Shown here: positions 12,185 through 24,643 of the stretch, piece after piece
Position numbering within the stretch: the stretch's first letter is position 1
How the letters are laid out: each line of letters opens with the position of its first letter
NCBI GenBank assembly: GCA_965644265.1
Contig: OZ286468.1
Span: forward strand, 54,126,001 to 54,190,000
DNA length: 64,000 nucleotides
DNA from: Glycera tridactyla
Taxonomy: Eukaryota
Direction: 5' to 3'
Notes under the pieces: model-generated
What the model saw: the letters and a program-made list of their open reading frames with translations, nothing else
Database searches by the model: none
Told to the model about the DNA's origin: nothing
Program-made: the position numbers and the translations under genes

Positions 12185-12957
12185 GTTAGACTTGTATATC
12201 AGCAATACTTTCTATTCACACTATTTAATAATCTTGTTTTACTTCCATAATTGCATTTACAATTAGATGTGCATTGACATTTTTTTCAAAACTTATGGTA
12301 TGCTTCCATATAGATTTGGCAAAATTTGATATACTAAATTTTATGCTGCAAGTTACATCATTTCAGTAGTGTTGCACTGATATTAATTGCCTATATATTA
12401 TGACCAAAAAATATATGTGAAATTATATTCGTATATTACCTATCTGTTGGACAGTTTTAGTTTGGCGAGCACTTCTGCAAGTGGCATCAAATGCTAAAAT
12501 GTTGCTCTTTCCTGCACATTGGCATATTTCAGACTTTATAGTCGCAGAAGCTGTAATGTAAACATGCCACTTTTCAGATCAAAGTAAGGCATTGCACTGA
12601 TATTTTATCATTTTTTATCTTGCATCACAGAGGCATTTAGCTTTGGCATTTTTGGATTTTGCTGGTGCATTTTTGTTTAAATATAAAAATCAATGTGGAA
12701 ATGAGAGAGGGAAGAGGCATGGATATATTTCAGTCCTTTCAGGTGAATCTGAGTATACAATGCATAAAGATGTGCATGCAAGACAACTACTTCAGAACAT
12801 ACTCAAATGAAGTGATGATCATTCTAAGCAGCCTTCCAAGCGCATTGGAAATATACTCGTTCCTAAAGAACAGTCCAGAAGACATACAGAGGTGAAAGGA
12901 GAACATGGGCAAATCATGCTCACTTAATAATATGAAATGATACTTCACTCGTAATAA

Positions 12958-13268
12958 GTAATAAGAGAGGACTTCTTTCAGGTTATAAGGGTGGACTTCT
13001 TTCAAGTTATAAGGGTGGACCTCTTTCAAGTTATAAGGGTGGACTTCTTTCAAGTAATAAGAGTGGACTTCTTTCAAGTTATTAGGGTGGACTTCTTTCA
13101 GGTAATAAGAGTGGACTTATTTCAGGTAGAAGAGTGGACTTCTTTCAAGTTATAAGGGTGGACTTCTTTCAAGTAATAAGAGTGGACTTCATTCAAGTTA
13201 TAAGGGTGGACTTCTTTCAAGTAATAAGAGTGGACTTCTTTCAAGTTATAAGGGTGGACTTTTTTCAG
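12958..13268. repeat. 24-bp minisatellite, 13 units
   Basis: two unit types, A gttataagggtggacttctttcaa and B gtaataagagtggacttctttcaa, in order BAAABABBABABA; one unit is 23 nt. Confidence 0.97.
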
Positions 13269-14496
13269 ACATATTGTATAAGTAATGATGGACTGAGTTC
13301 ACTGAAATATGTGGTGATTGGTACTCTTTTCTGCGCATCATCATCATTATCATCATCATCATCATCAAGTTCCTGCCATCTGCCAATATTTGTTAGGGAA
13401 CAGCGTGTTTCATGAAATATTGAGAGTTCCTATTGGGGTGGATTTACTTCTTTCAAAATATTGTACGAGTAACATTTTACTGATTTCACTGCCTATGTGT
13501 TGTTTTCCTCTATTCCTTGCTATTTCTCAGTAATATATTCTCACAATCATATTCCTATCACTTTTGATATTTCCTAATAGAGGTGGAACTGCATGGAAGG
13601 ATATTGCAGAGACTGACATTTTGAGGGTGTTTTGGTGTTTGGCCTATGAAGCACTCAATTGCCCTTTTTCGTTTTGATTATGGGCACAAAATCGCCCACC
13701 TAATGTCATGAGCCAGACATCAGTGACATGTGTCAATGATTGTCATGATGATATTTATCATCTTCTCATACTGTTCTTTGCCATTGTTTTCTCTTTGCAA
13801 GTTGATTTCTACATATAACAGCTTGCACCATAAATGAATGTATGAATGCAACGGTCGTATGATTCATTTCCATTTGAGAAACGTTCAACATTTTTCAGGA
13901 ATGCCAATCAATTTCCAGAAATGCCCAACTTCCTCAGACCACCTGGGCATTTTTGCCCAACCGCTCTCTGCAAAATGTCACTCTCTGTATTGGGTTGAGA
14001 GGACATACTCCATTGCCTGATCACTGCAGCAGCTGTTGCTGAATCAGCAGCATGTGGAAAAAAATTGAATGTGATACATCATCATCTGCCACATAGAGAT
14101 ACAAATGCAGGTGAACCGGTTACCCAGGAACCGCTTGTTGCATGAAAATTCGGTTTTCACCTCGCTGTCTGGCTAGAAAGAAAGCGTGGGAGCTAGCCTC
14201 AAATTGGGAAAAAAAAAGATTGAAATGGGGTGATTGATATATTGATTCGCTAAAGCTTGACCTCTCTCCAATTCAGGCACGATTATATGAGACTGAAGTG
14301 TGTATCATGAAATATTTTCCTGAAAACCTCTCATTGCGTGAAATTTCATAAACGGCTCGAACATGAGTGAACGGATTGCCAGTATCTATCTCTTGCTTTT
14401 GGCTCAATTAATCTGCTACCAATTTTGTGGCAGTCGCAGTGGCTTGACACAAGAGACTTCTGGCTCCTGCTCAGGCTTTGCAGTTGGTGCCAGGCT

Positions 14497-14618
14497 GGAG
14501 GTGGTCTTTATGGAGAGGTCATTTACTGTTGAAAATACTACAACGGTCGCAGCTCATGTGGTCTTTATAGAGAGGTGGTCTTTATAGAGAGGTGGTCTTT
14601 AGAGCAGGTTCGACTATA
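14497..14618. mobile_element. MITE subfamily B, truncated copy
   Basis: gagaggtcatttactgttgaaaatactacaacggtcgcagctca...ggtggtctttatagagagg closely matches the right-hand part of the 61162 copy; left TIR missing. Confidence 0.85.
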
Positions 14619-15252
14619 TTTCATTAAATATAGTCTCATTCTGACATAATCTTCGCTTTTGCTTGAGTTTGCTGTATGCCTATAAGTGCATACATGATGG
14701 AGTTCATTGATGTTCCCATCGGTACCAGTCAACTACAAAGCAGTTGTAGAGTGGCCAAGATATCCTGATATAGGCCATATAGATGCTGTAAGAGACTATA
14801 AATCCCAACAAACAAACCATGTGATTGCTGTTTGAAAATGCAGTGGACTTTTCACCCACGGTCATGCTGGCTTTGATGCTTTTAAAAGAAGTTCATGTCA
14901 CATTGGTATATCCAGGGCCAATTTCACCTGTCCGGCAATTGTTGACAATTTCCAAAAAAAAAGGGGTTTTGCAGAAGTTCATCAACGTTGTGCCAACATC
15001 TACCAGAATTCTCCTCCTGCTGATGGCGTAATCGCTATCACATTTTTTAGATCAGCAAAGGGCCCGCAATCTTGATTAACAAATTGTCAAGAACTTTGCA
15101 TGATCACTTTTGGCTGGTGGCTTCATGGTGCATATGGGTGATCAACAAATTGCCTAAAATTCTGCCTACAGTTTCATCTGGAAGTATGATTTCAGGTCTC
15201 TTTCTTATTGTTAAATGGTAATAGATCTTGTATGATATGAACAACTCACCTC

Positions 15253-15414
15253 TTATATGAAACTGTTTCACGATACTCCATTGAAATGCACAAATTACAT
15301 TTTGAGAAATCATCCGATTTCTTCTTGTGGATTTGAACCTGGGACCTCCAGCATGGCACCAACCGCCTAGCCTGTGGAGGAGCTCGCTGACTTACACGCT
15401 GAGCTATGGAGACC
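15253..15414 (-). mobile_element. tRNA-derived SINE copy
   Basis: minus strand reads ggtctccaTAGCTCAGCGTgtaag (A box, 15396-15406) ... GGTTCAAATCC (B box, 15329-15339) then an AT-rich body; further copies at 15551-15646 and 60078-60262. Confidence 0.75.
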
Positions 15415-15550
15415 ACCTCAAAAAAAGTGGCCTTACAGCACAGCCAAGTGCATGCTACACTCCCCACACAGACACTCAGAGAACCCAGTGACCATCCGGT
15501 CATACTCGTGTTCAAGCCATTTTTGTGAAATTTCACGCAATGGGAGATGA

Positions 15551-15646
15551 TTATATGAAACTGTTTCACGATACACCATTGAAATGTACAAATTACAATT
15601 TGAGAAATCATCCGATTTCTTCTTGTGGATTTGAACCCGGGACCCC
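15551..15646 (-). mobile_element. 5'-truncated copy of the same SINE
   Basis: near-identical to 15253-15346 (ttatatgaaactgtttcacgata...ggatttgaacc); has the B box but not the A box. Confidence 0.75.
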
Positions 15647-15678
15647 CTGGGAACTCACCTCTTGATGTTTTCTCGCAG

Positions 15679-15923
15679 ATATGGTGTGTCACTAGTTGGA
15701 ATTCAGCAAGACAAACCAGGATCGACGATTCAACTGAACCCAGGTCCACGCCACATCATGAAACGATCAGATCTCTGCTTTTACATGAACATTACGAAGG
15801 AAGAGAACTCAGCTTTTATACTTGCCCACCCCAACCAGGATAAAGAGACAGGATCCATCAAACACAAATCTACACCACCTTCCGGTAGCTACTCCAAAGT
15901 TGCCAGCATGTTTGCCTCAGTCG
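15679..15923 (+). CDS. KCNT: KCNT/Slo2 exon 7 (RCK1 C-terminal part)
   Basis: ttttctcgcag| ... g|gtgagt; [51 protein letters not shown]...KVASMFASV, cf. YGVCLIG...[29 protein letters not shown]; phase 2-1. Confidence 0.96.
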
Positions 15924-16979
15924 GTGAGTAACAATTACTCTCAGTGTATTCATAAAACTACATCCTGCAAACCGTTTCAATAAAGCTGTTCCCCCATCGT
16001 TATGGTTGACGCAATGAACAACAATGTTTTATGACTTTTTTTGTGGTGTGGCCTCGGTGAATACTACTTTGGCTGTAGTTGGAAAAGGTGTCACTTTTAG
16101 CAGCCTTCTCACAACTGTTGAGTGTGGATCATTGTAGTGGGTAGGTACCATTGTAAAATTGTCATGAAAATGTCGTGATACATAGTGTTATGGAGCACAA
16201 ACTCCCAGGTTCTGTCTCAAAAATGAAATACTCTGCAGAGCAAATGCTACAAAATGTGGCTATCGATGGTACACCATTCCTGGAGCATCCCAAAATGCCG
16301 ACATCTGTTGTTCAACTGTCAGTAATCATGGCAGAATTGCTATGTCTTTTGCATGTGCACAACGTCTGTCGCACCCAGGTGGCCGATGATGGTCTGCATT
16401 GGGAGGTTACGGATGTAAGCAAGAGGTTGCTGATAGCCAAGGTCATTCAGCGTATTCGAGATGGAAGGCTTGACCATCCGTTACTACAACCTCAAAAATG
16501 GGAAGACAGCTTTATTGAGTCATACCAGTGCTGAAGAATGTGTGTGATTGTTTAAAAAAACAGCCAACGGGTGAGGCAGTTGATACTATAATGGAGGTCC
16601 GGGTTCATCATTTGATGCTTATTATCAAAATTTGGTTTCGGTAAAGATTGTTTATATGGTAATTGGGAACAATTGGATCGTCCCCAAATACATTCATCTC
16701 ATGCCTTTGTCAGGGTTGCACAAACCGATAGCCATAGTCGATTCTGTGAATTGCTTGAAAAGTGTGTGAATTACATATTCAAGATGAATCTACAAGAACA
16801 ATTTACAATGCTTTTGTGCAAATCATACATTATAATTTTTACCATTCTGCTTGACAATGGTGGAGAGAATAATTCAAACTTCAACAAGCAGAATGGTAGA
16901 AAATTGTAATATACAAACTGTAAGTAACAAATTCAGAAAGTGGGTAATGAGAGTCATGACAGAGATATGACAAACTATG

Positions 16980-17138
16980 ATAGTAACTTTAGTAAGCTAC
17001 ATTCCATTTCATAGTAACTTTAGTAAGCTACATTCCATTTCATAGTAACTTTAGTAAGCTACATTCCATTTCATAGTAACTTTAGTAAGCTACATTCCAT
17101 TTCATAGTAACTTTAGTAAGCTACATTCCATTTCATAG
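16980..17138. repeat. 31-bp tandem repeat, 5 perfect copies
   Basis: atagtaactttagtaagctacattccatttc x5 plus atag. Confidence 0.98.
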
Positions 17139-20062
17139 AGTTGTGTATTTGTGTTATGGAGTCAGCAGTCGATAGACTCCTCATCATCCTATGAAGTGCT
17201 GATTTCTGTTCTGTATAAGATTATCATAACCACAAAAGTTATAAGATACTTATGGCTGGGTGATTTTTAGGTTCTCGACTTCGACCAGGCGAGTTATTTT
17301 TTTTTCATTTTCACTGATCACATTAACTACATGCTTTGATTTCATCTTACCAAACCCAATGGTCATCAATAAGTTTGAACTAATTTTCAGCAAATCATTC
17401 TTAAACTGAGTCATTTCTCACATAGATGTGAAATAATGTAATAGCAATGTTGAGATGTAGTATTCAATTTTTTGTGGGGTCTACCACAAAAATTTGATAC
17501 AGCCCCACCATGTTCATGTAATGAGCAGATCCACTCATATCACGTATAAAGATTTCTCAGTCTCATCATTGACATTTGCATAACAGAGTTTGCTGGAAAT
17601 TGATGTATTTGATGACCTATATCACATCATAATGGTGCATAGTGTGATTTCACCATTCCTGACCCTCTTATAGTTGCTACATTAATCTCTCATCAATATC
17701 ATCGTAATGGGTATTTGATTTATGATATCAAGAGGACATTTGCATTGTCCCTTCCCATTAACTCTGGTTTATCATACTAACATTGCATTTTTATGATCAT
17801 TATGTGGTTATTGTAATGGTCAAGTGCCAATTTTTAGCATTGAGTGAGTAGTGTGTACAGGTTTCTAATGGTCATCTTACTCATCCAGTGAGTTATTTCT
17901 GATTTACTAATTACAGCCCCCCCCCCCCCCTTCCACCTCCCAACTTGCATGTCGGGGCTAACATTGATAATCACCATCAATGCCGATTCACCTATATTTG
18001 ACTAAACAAATTCTGACCCCGTCTAGTAAAACTTTCTTCCAAAAAAAATCTGAAATCTGATCTTTGAGAGTGGGTATATATATACATATGTGATATTTGG
18101 ATGATGCAATGACTCTTCTGTCCCTGTAAGCAGGATGAATTTTGATTTTGATTTTGAAAAACTACAATGTAACATGTTTATAATACATATACCCAGAGCA
18201 TGTTGCAACAACCAAAAAGTAACAAACTCATGGACAGTAGTACGTGTGGGTAGCTAATGGCTTGAAAATTTACTTTCGGGCTACCAAATTTCAAAGTTTG
18301 GTAGCCAATGGTCCCACAGATTTTGAGAGGTTGTAATTAACAATACACAACATTTGGCAATGGCTACCAAAAAATATCACAATTGGGGCCAGCTTACCCT
18401 AGGGCATTGTCAATTTGCCTGAGTTGGAATAGCATGATATTTAGACGATATCCTCATAGATACAAAAATTAGTTTATCTGAGCATTATAGCACATTTTCC
18501 CACTTAATCTTCTACTGATGGCTCTGAGTGTAAGCGGTTGGTGAACATGCCTACATCTACCATTTAGCTGGCTGATGCTTTCAACAAATTAGCCATTGAC
18601 AATCCGACCCTTGTGCTGTGCCAGCCTTGATACTAACAGGGGATTGAAATCTCTCAGATCACACTAATTAGCTCATTCAGTGTTGTAATAATTGAGAATA
18701 TTCTATGGAATATGTTGATCTAAATCCTAGTAATAATTGATAATACTCTAGGGAATATGTTTATCTAAATCCTGTCACCCTGTGTACCATGAAGATGCTA
18801 TTGTGCCATGAAAAGTTTAACTCAATCGTGATCTCAATGTGTTCCTCCCTACTCATTATTTTGTGAGCATAGTGATGGAATTTGTCCCCAAGTTTACAAG
18901 AATTTTTCCAGTATTTCCAAAGATTGAAGAATGCTGAAAGGCACCTACCTGTCTCTGAGAACTGTATGATAATCCAGGCTAACTTGCTGAAGAGTGTCAA
19001 TATTCGGTGAGTCATTGTCCAGAAGCACAGATATGATCACAGCTTCACTAATTAGAATCTCACTAGAACGAATTGTAGATATTGTAACATACATATTCCT
19101 TGGTGCATCAGTTAAAAGCATGGAAAATAAGCCTTGATTTCAATTTTCTAAAAAGATGTCCTACAAAAATTTACAAATTCAAAGAAAAGTTTGAGGAAGA
19201 ATCTTCCAGTCATGCTCCCATGATTCTATGAGTGGGTATGAGCTGTATTTACAGCATCAGGAGTTGAAACTTGACTGGCTGTACTTGTCCAAGTCTTCGA
19301 GATAACATCTAACAGAATGTTCATGTGAGTTGACTCAATGTAGTACTTTTCTTTTACCTAAGAAAGGCATTGGACACAGTTGACCAATAACTGTCGCCAG
19401 AAAGATTGAAGAATTCATGTATCAGAAAGAAATAGTCCAAATGGTTTAAATCATAAGCGGGAAATAGACAAGAGGCAACAGGAATTTATGATTCCATTTA
19501 TTTTGTTGAGTCCCACAAGGATCCATGATCAGACAGGTGTTATTCATATTACATGTCAATATTCTGCCGGAATGTGACACACTCAGATATCTGTTTGCTG
19601 ATACCACCAATATATGTGTATGAGGTAGCTCACCTGGTGAAAATGGTGTGAAAACACAGTTGCAATTTGGTTTGTCCAGATTATAGATCTCAACTGATGG
19701 GCAAGATGTTTGTCTTGTTTGCATGTATACATTGAGGTATTGCGATATGGTAAACATATAAATCCCAAATTTCCGCAGCAGAAGATCTATCCTTCTGTAT
19801 GACCATACAATTAGATATTTGTTGTGTTAACTTCATATGTACCAAAAAGAATAAAAAAATATATGTGAATTTTTCTATGTACCATCATTCCTGATAATGA
19901 TACGGCTATTACCATGTCATACATGAAGACTGTATTTCTAATATGAGTGAGTATCTCCAGTTGGATTGTGCATGCAAGAGATACGGCATGTATATTCACT
20001 TGTGAGCTGATTCCGGAGATATTGTGATCTTACCGCCATGTATGATTCATTTTAATTTGTAG

Positions 20063-20167
20063 GTTCCGTGGCATTAGCTGTCAAACATGGCAGGGACAAC
20101 AAAACGACCAATGAGATTGTTGCTCCCACTACTGCCCTCCTCAACGCCGCTGAGCCGGCTGATGAAG
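20063..20167 (+). CDS. KCNT: KCNT/Slo2 exon 8 (RCK1-RCK2 linker)
   Basis: ttttaatttgtag| ... gaag|gtgctt; (G)SVALAVKHGRDNKTTNEIVAPTTALLNAAEPADE; GSVAL corresponds to KCNT1 GTVAM; phase 1-1; weak donor. Confidence 0.75.
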
Positions 20168-20469
20168 GTGCTTGCTTTCAGGGTGTCCTGACCCCATATA
20201 CCACGAACTCACACTGACTCACCTCACCACTCTGAGCAAACCATAGTTACTTCACTCGTATTGCATCCTGGAGTAGTATGGGATTCAAGTTTGATATGCT
20301 GCAGTGACCCATAAGTGCCATCAGAATGTTCAATTCATCCTCCATTGTATTACAAATTTCCACCACGGTGGGAACCCCTACAGAGGAAACAGTGCAGTGG
20401 AAACATTAGATCCACAGTTCAAATTGATTATCCCCATAGTGGACACATTTGAACCGAGGTATGAATCAG

Positions 20470-20489
20470 TAATAATAATAACAATGATG

Positions 20490-20523
<34 letters not shown>

Positions 20524-20593
20524 TAATAATAATAATAATAATAATAATGATGAACATTTATGTAGCACATTTTCCTCATTGAGGCTCTTTACA
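20470..20593 (-). repeat. (AAT)n microsatellite plus probable 3' tail of an L2-clade LINE/SINE
   Basis: (aat)n followed by tttatgtagcac...gaggctctttaca; the same pattern (..atagcgcc..caaaggcgct) recurs at 40850-40937 and 45379-45458. Confidence 0.55.
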
Positions 20594-21599
20594 TGGATAT
20601 GTACCTGAAAGAAAGGAAGTAGTGGTGGTGTGAGTGTTTCGACCACTGTGGAAATTGATCTCTGTCGCAGTGCTAAAGTTTCAACCATGATGCAAACATT
20701 TCAACCATGGAGGAATTCAATTAGCACCATGGTGTTAATATTTCCACCACAGTAGAAATGTGTACTACGATGGAGGTTGTTATTATTTTCCATGCTGGCA
20801 CTTGAGGGCCACCGTTATACACTGAGCTGTGTATGGTTCTGTTGCTGAGCCAGTCTACCTCTGGCTTATCACACAGCTTAGTTCAGTAAACCTTGATCCT
20901 ATCATAGTATAAGTGCACTATTATATCAACAATCAGCATCCTGAGTTGCCTCAATTGGGATATTATAAATGAGGGAATGCAGGATGTGGTATCAGAAGTG
21001 ACCTGAGGTCTGTAGTGATACATAACATCATGCCATCCTGAGTGTATTATATCATTATTGAGACCACACAGGACAAGGTATACTTGTGTTTATGCCACAT
21101 TTGAATGATTTACCAGTTATCTATATGGCTAAATTCAATACAAAGGCCATTTCAACCAGATTCAAGTTGGCAGTCATAATTGTTTCTTGGTGAAGCCTGA
21201 TGATTCCAAATGTGACAGGTACATTTCCTACACATCTTATTGTCTAGAGCTTCTAGTGATCATTCTATGTGATTTCAGATGGTCTGCATTCCCTTGAAGA
21301 GGATATGCTCTCTTCGTATTGCACTTATATAGCAAATCTGGCAACATTACGGGTTGATATTCCTGTGTGAATCCACAGCAATATAGCTGCGGCAATCTCT
21401 CATAAATCTCAAAATTTATATATATATATATATTATATATGGTGTCCTATTATGTATGCTCTGTCACTACTACATCCCAGTTGAGTATCTTGCGTGAGAC
21501 TTCATGCATGTATATCACCTGGGAATTAGCTAGTGTGGTATGATTTGTGTTCCATCTATCCATCACTGGTATGTTGATGTTGATATTCCAGCTATTATG

Positions 21600-23900
21600 T
21601 ATATTGCCTCAAAAACATTTTAAGATGGTGAATAACCATTTGCATTCCGATGTATTATCGTGTTGGCTTCAGACATACTGCTTAGATCAATGGTACAAAT
21701 TGATCCAAGAGTTAACTATCATAATATTCAATCATTCCAACTATCTCGTCTGCTAGTATATTTCTGAAGTACTGTGATTCTGAACCTTGTTAGACATTGT
21801 GGTAATGATTTTTTTTCATTCCCAATGGAAATTCTTAAAAACAATTGCAAATTATGGGATTTGATCATAAATGATTAAGATGAGATTTAAAATGCCTGCA
21901 TCACCAAATTCAGCATAGCAGTTGCTTCTGGGATTAGAAATTATTCAATAAAATTGTTAGTATTTGTCTTCATTTCTCTGGTTGTCTTTTGCCATTATTT
22001 TCATTTCATATGAATCGACGTGTATTGTGTGGATGTTATGCCATCAGTATTGTCTCTCAGTAGTGGATAAACATTTGTTGGGGGAAAACTTGTTGGTATA
22101 TCAGTGTGATTGTCGGTCTGAATTGAATTATCATAGAGAGGTTTAATTCTCATGCCACAATTCACCATCAGTAGCCCTTGCTCAGAAAAATATCCCTCAA
22201 TATTTTTAGATGTGATTTGTAACCCATGATATATGGATATTTCGTCGATATTCACCTTTTTATTCTTTCAATTGTACAATTCATCATCAGTGGGCAACAC
22301 ATTTGTTGATGAATGACTGTGGGTACCTTACCATACCTGGTTGTATTTTTGACTCTCAATAGACTAGTACATGCAGATAGTCATCGAAAGAATGCAGATG
22401 ATATGATATCTTCCCATGACGCATTGATTGGTCGAAAACAAGATGCAATATACATATACATCTCATACTGGGTCTTGGTATTCACAGAGATTGGAAGTAA
22501 TATTGATATATGTTCCCTCACAATTTGATCACTAATATGGTGGTGGTATTCAGTATGGAAAATGCGTTCTTACTCAACAAGATAAGTGTCCTAGTATCAC
22601 TGCACAATTTAGAGTAATGCTGATTGATAAGCATTTTGAAGCTCATCAGCATGTGGTGTAAAGTTTGAAATACCCATGTAGTACACATAGGTGCATGATC
22701 AATGGTGCATTTGCAACTTCACCAACTACTCAACAACCTAGTCACATTTACCCAGTACATTGCAACTCGTTACCTCTTGGTGGATACTTTGGTTTCCAAT
22801 AACTTGGTGTTAGAATTACCTCATTCAGTCACACCTCTGGTACATATTTGTTTCATTCAGCGTATTCTCCTGCTTAGATTCTCAAATTCGCAGTACAGTG
22901 ATGTTATAGACTTGATATTGATTATGTTGCTACATGTTTCTTGATGATTCAACCTTCATTCCTACCTTGTTTGTAGCCTCAATTGAATTTGAAAGTTGTC
23001 GGAAAGCTAATTCGTTACATTGTTTGGCATATTCTTTTCGTTTTGATTTGACATCAGATATCTCTTCCAGAAATCCTGACTTTGCTCTTCTTTGATTGTC
23101 ATCACAGGTCTTGTCAGAAATAATTCGTTCATCCTGAGAAATGTCACTTGCACTGGTAGTTAATATGGTTTGAATACTCCATATACACCTCTGGAGTGGC
23201 ACTGGATATTATCTCTTGACAGTTGACAACTGGTATTGTCAGGCAGAATTTGCAATCAAATTTGATTACTTTGGTTCCAGTAAGAGTTGAATTGTAGTTC
23301 TTGACCATTGTGCATGATATATATCTGCTAGTCAGATTTTCCACACTATGAATGTTCTCAATCATTGGGAAACTGGGTCGATGATATACACTACCAGTTG
23401 TCAAACAATCTACTTTGGTTCCCAAGATATTTGTCAAAGAGATGGGCTTATATGTTGCGAATTATGTTTGAATCCATCTGCTGGATTCTGTTTGCAGATG
23501 TGCTAAACTGGTGCTTGAAAAATGTGTCATGCTTTCACTTCCAGCCCATGACTGTACAGTTTTTGTTTTTTTATTTATTGATTCGCTTAGTTTTATGACC
23601 AACAGACAATGATTTATCTTTCCGTGTATTGAATAATTTTAATATTGCAGACTCCATGGTGATACCGATGATATATACTTGTTCGATGGATTTAAGTTTC
23701 TGTCTATTGTTGGACGGCACTAGGGCAAAATCTTTCATTCTTGTCATGTTGGTTTTCATCAGCCAATATTGATGTTGATAGTCGCTGATATTAGACCTCA
23801 CATGACCACGCCTTTATTCTAATGAAACACAGATTTCACTGCCACTCCCAAAACTTTTACCTGCCCCATTCATAGAATGCAGTGCAAGGACACTGATCAC
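21600..23900 (-). pseudogene. Heavily degraded LINE relic (endonuclease to RT)
   Basis: scattered motif-like remnants in the expected order on the minus strand (GSG-VA-like, EYAKQCNEL, DGITS, IDLS); many stops; boundaries approximate. Confidence 0.3.
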
Positions 23901-24426
23901 TAATTCGATTGATTGTGTCCATTGGGCAGGCTTTAATGTAGAGCTTTAATATACAGCTGTCTTTTGACATATATTGTTTTGACTCAATCAAATAAATAAA
24001 AAGAAACCACCCACCAAATTGTCCCTCAATATGGATGCATTATCATCTGGCTTTGGAAATGGAATGGACTATCCATGAAGCTATTGAACATTACCATTTG
24101 TTCTGGAGATATTACTTCACCCTGGACATCATTTCAGATTGTTCAGGTGTTGAATGAAATCAGACCAAAATGATCAGTCAATCACTAATTCTGTCATTTG
24201 TGATATGTATGTCATGGATATACATTTCCGCTGTGGGAGCATACAAAATCAAAACAAAAGATGTGAATGAGTTTGCTGTATTTGTAAATCGTAAAAGTAT
24301 TTTGCAGCTGTACTGCCAAAGATGAAATGTGTTCCATGCCTACTATACTTTCAACAGTTAGTGCCCTGTTTCTTCTGTTGCATTGCAAATTCCTGAAGTT
24401 TATAATGGACTGATATCTAATTGCAG

Positions 24427-24643
24427 GCAGTAGCAAATCATCCTCAGAACACAAGTCATCTAATCTGCTTGATCTCCCAAAGTCTGGAGCAGCAAATATG
24501 GGGAGACGGCCAAGTATTGCACCTGTACCTGCGGTCCTTGAAGCCAATGGAATAGAAATCAATGTCGAGTCTGACACCGACTCAGAAACTGAAACCGAGC
24601 CACCAGACATAGATGAGCAGTTCTTGACTGCAGCTGGACCAGA
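24427..24643 (+). CDS. KCNT: KCNT/Slo2 exon 9 (linker with RRPSIAPV)
   Basis: ctaattgcag| ... ga|gtaagt; (G)SSKSSSEHKSSNLLDLPKSGAANMGRRPSIAPVPAVLEANG...DTDSETETEPPDIDEQFLTAAGP; RRPSIAPV is conserved in KCNT1; phase 1-2. Confidence 0.93.

Noticed and set aside
12743-12927. Purine-rich, coding-looking stretch GESEY...LK*SDDH...MLT
   Set aside because: Internal stop, phase does not fit the flanking exons, and no recognisable homology
12787-13415. Repeat-protein ORFs (VDFFQVIR / EVHPYNLK)
   Set aside because: Translations of the 24-bp minisatellite
15253-15414. Functional tRNA gene
   Set aside because: A and B boxes are present, but I could not fold a cloverleaf, the box spacing is long, and the body is repeated elsewhere, which fits a SINE
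15625-15660. LNPGP peptide resembling KCNT LNPGPRH
   Set aside because: It comes from the SINE B-box sequence in another frame; coincidence
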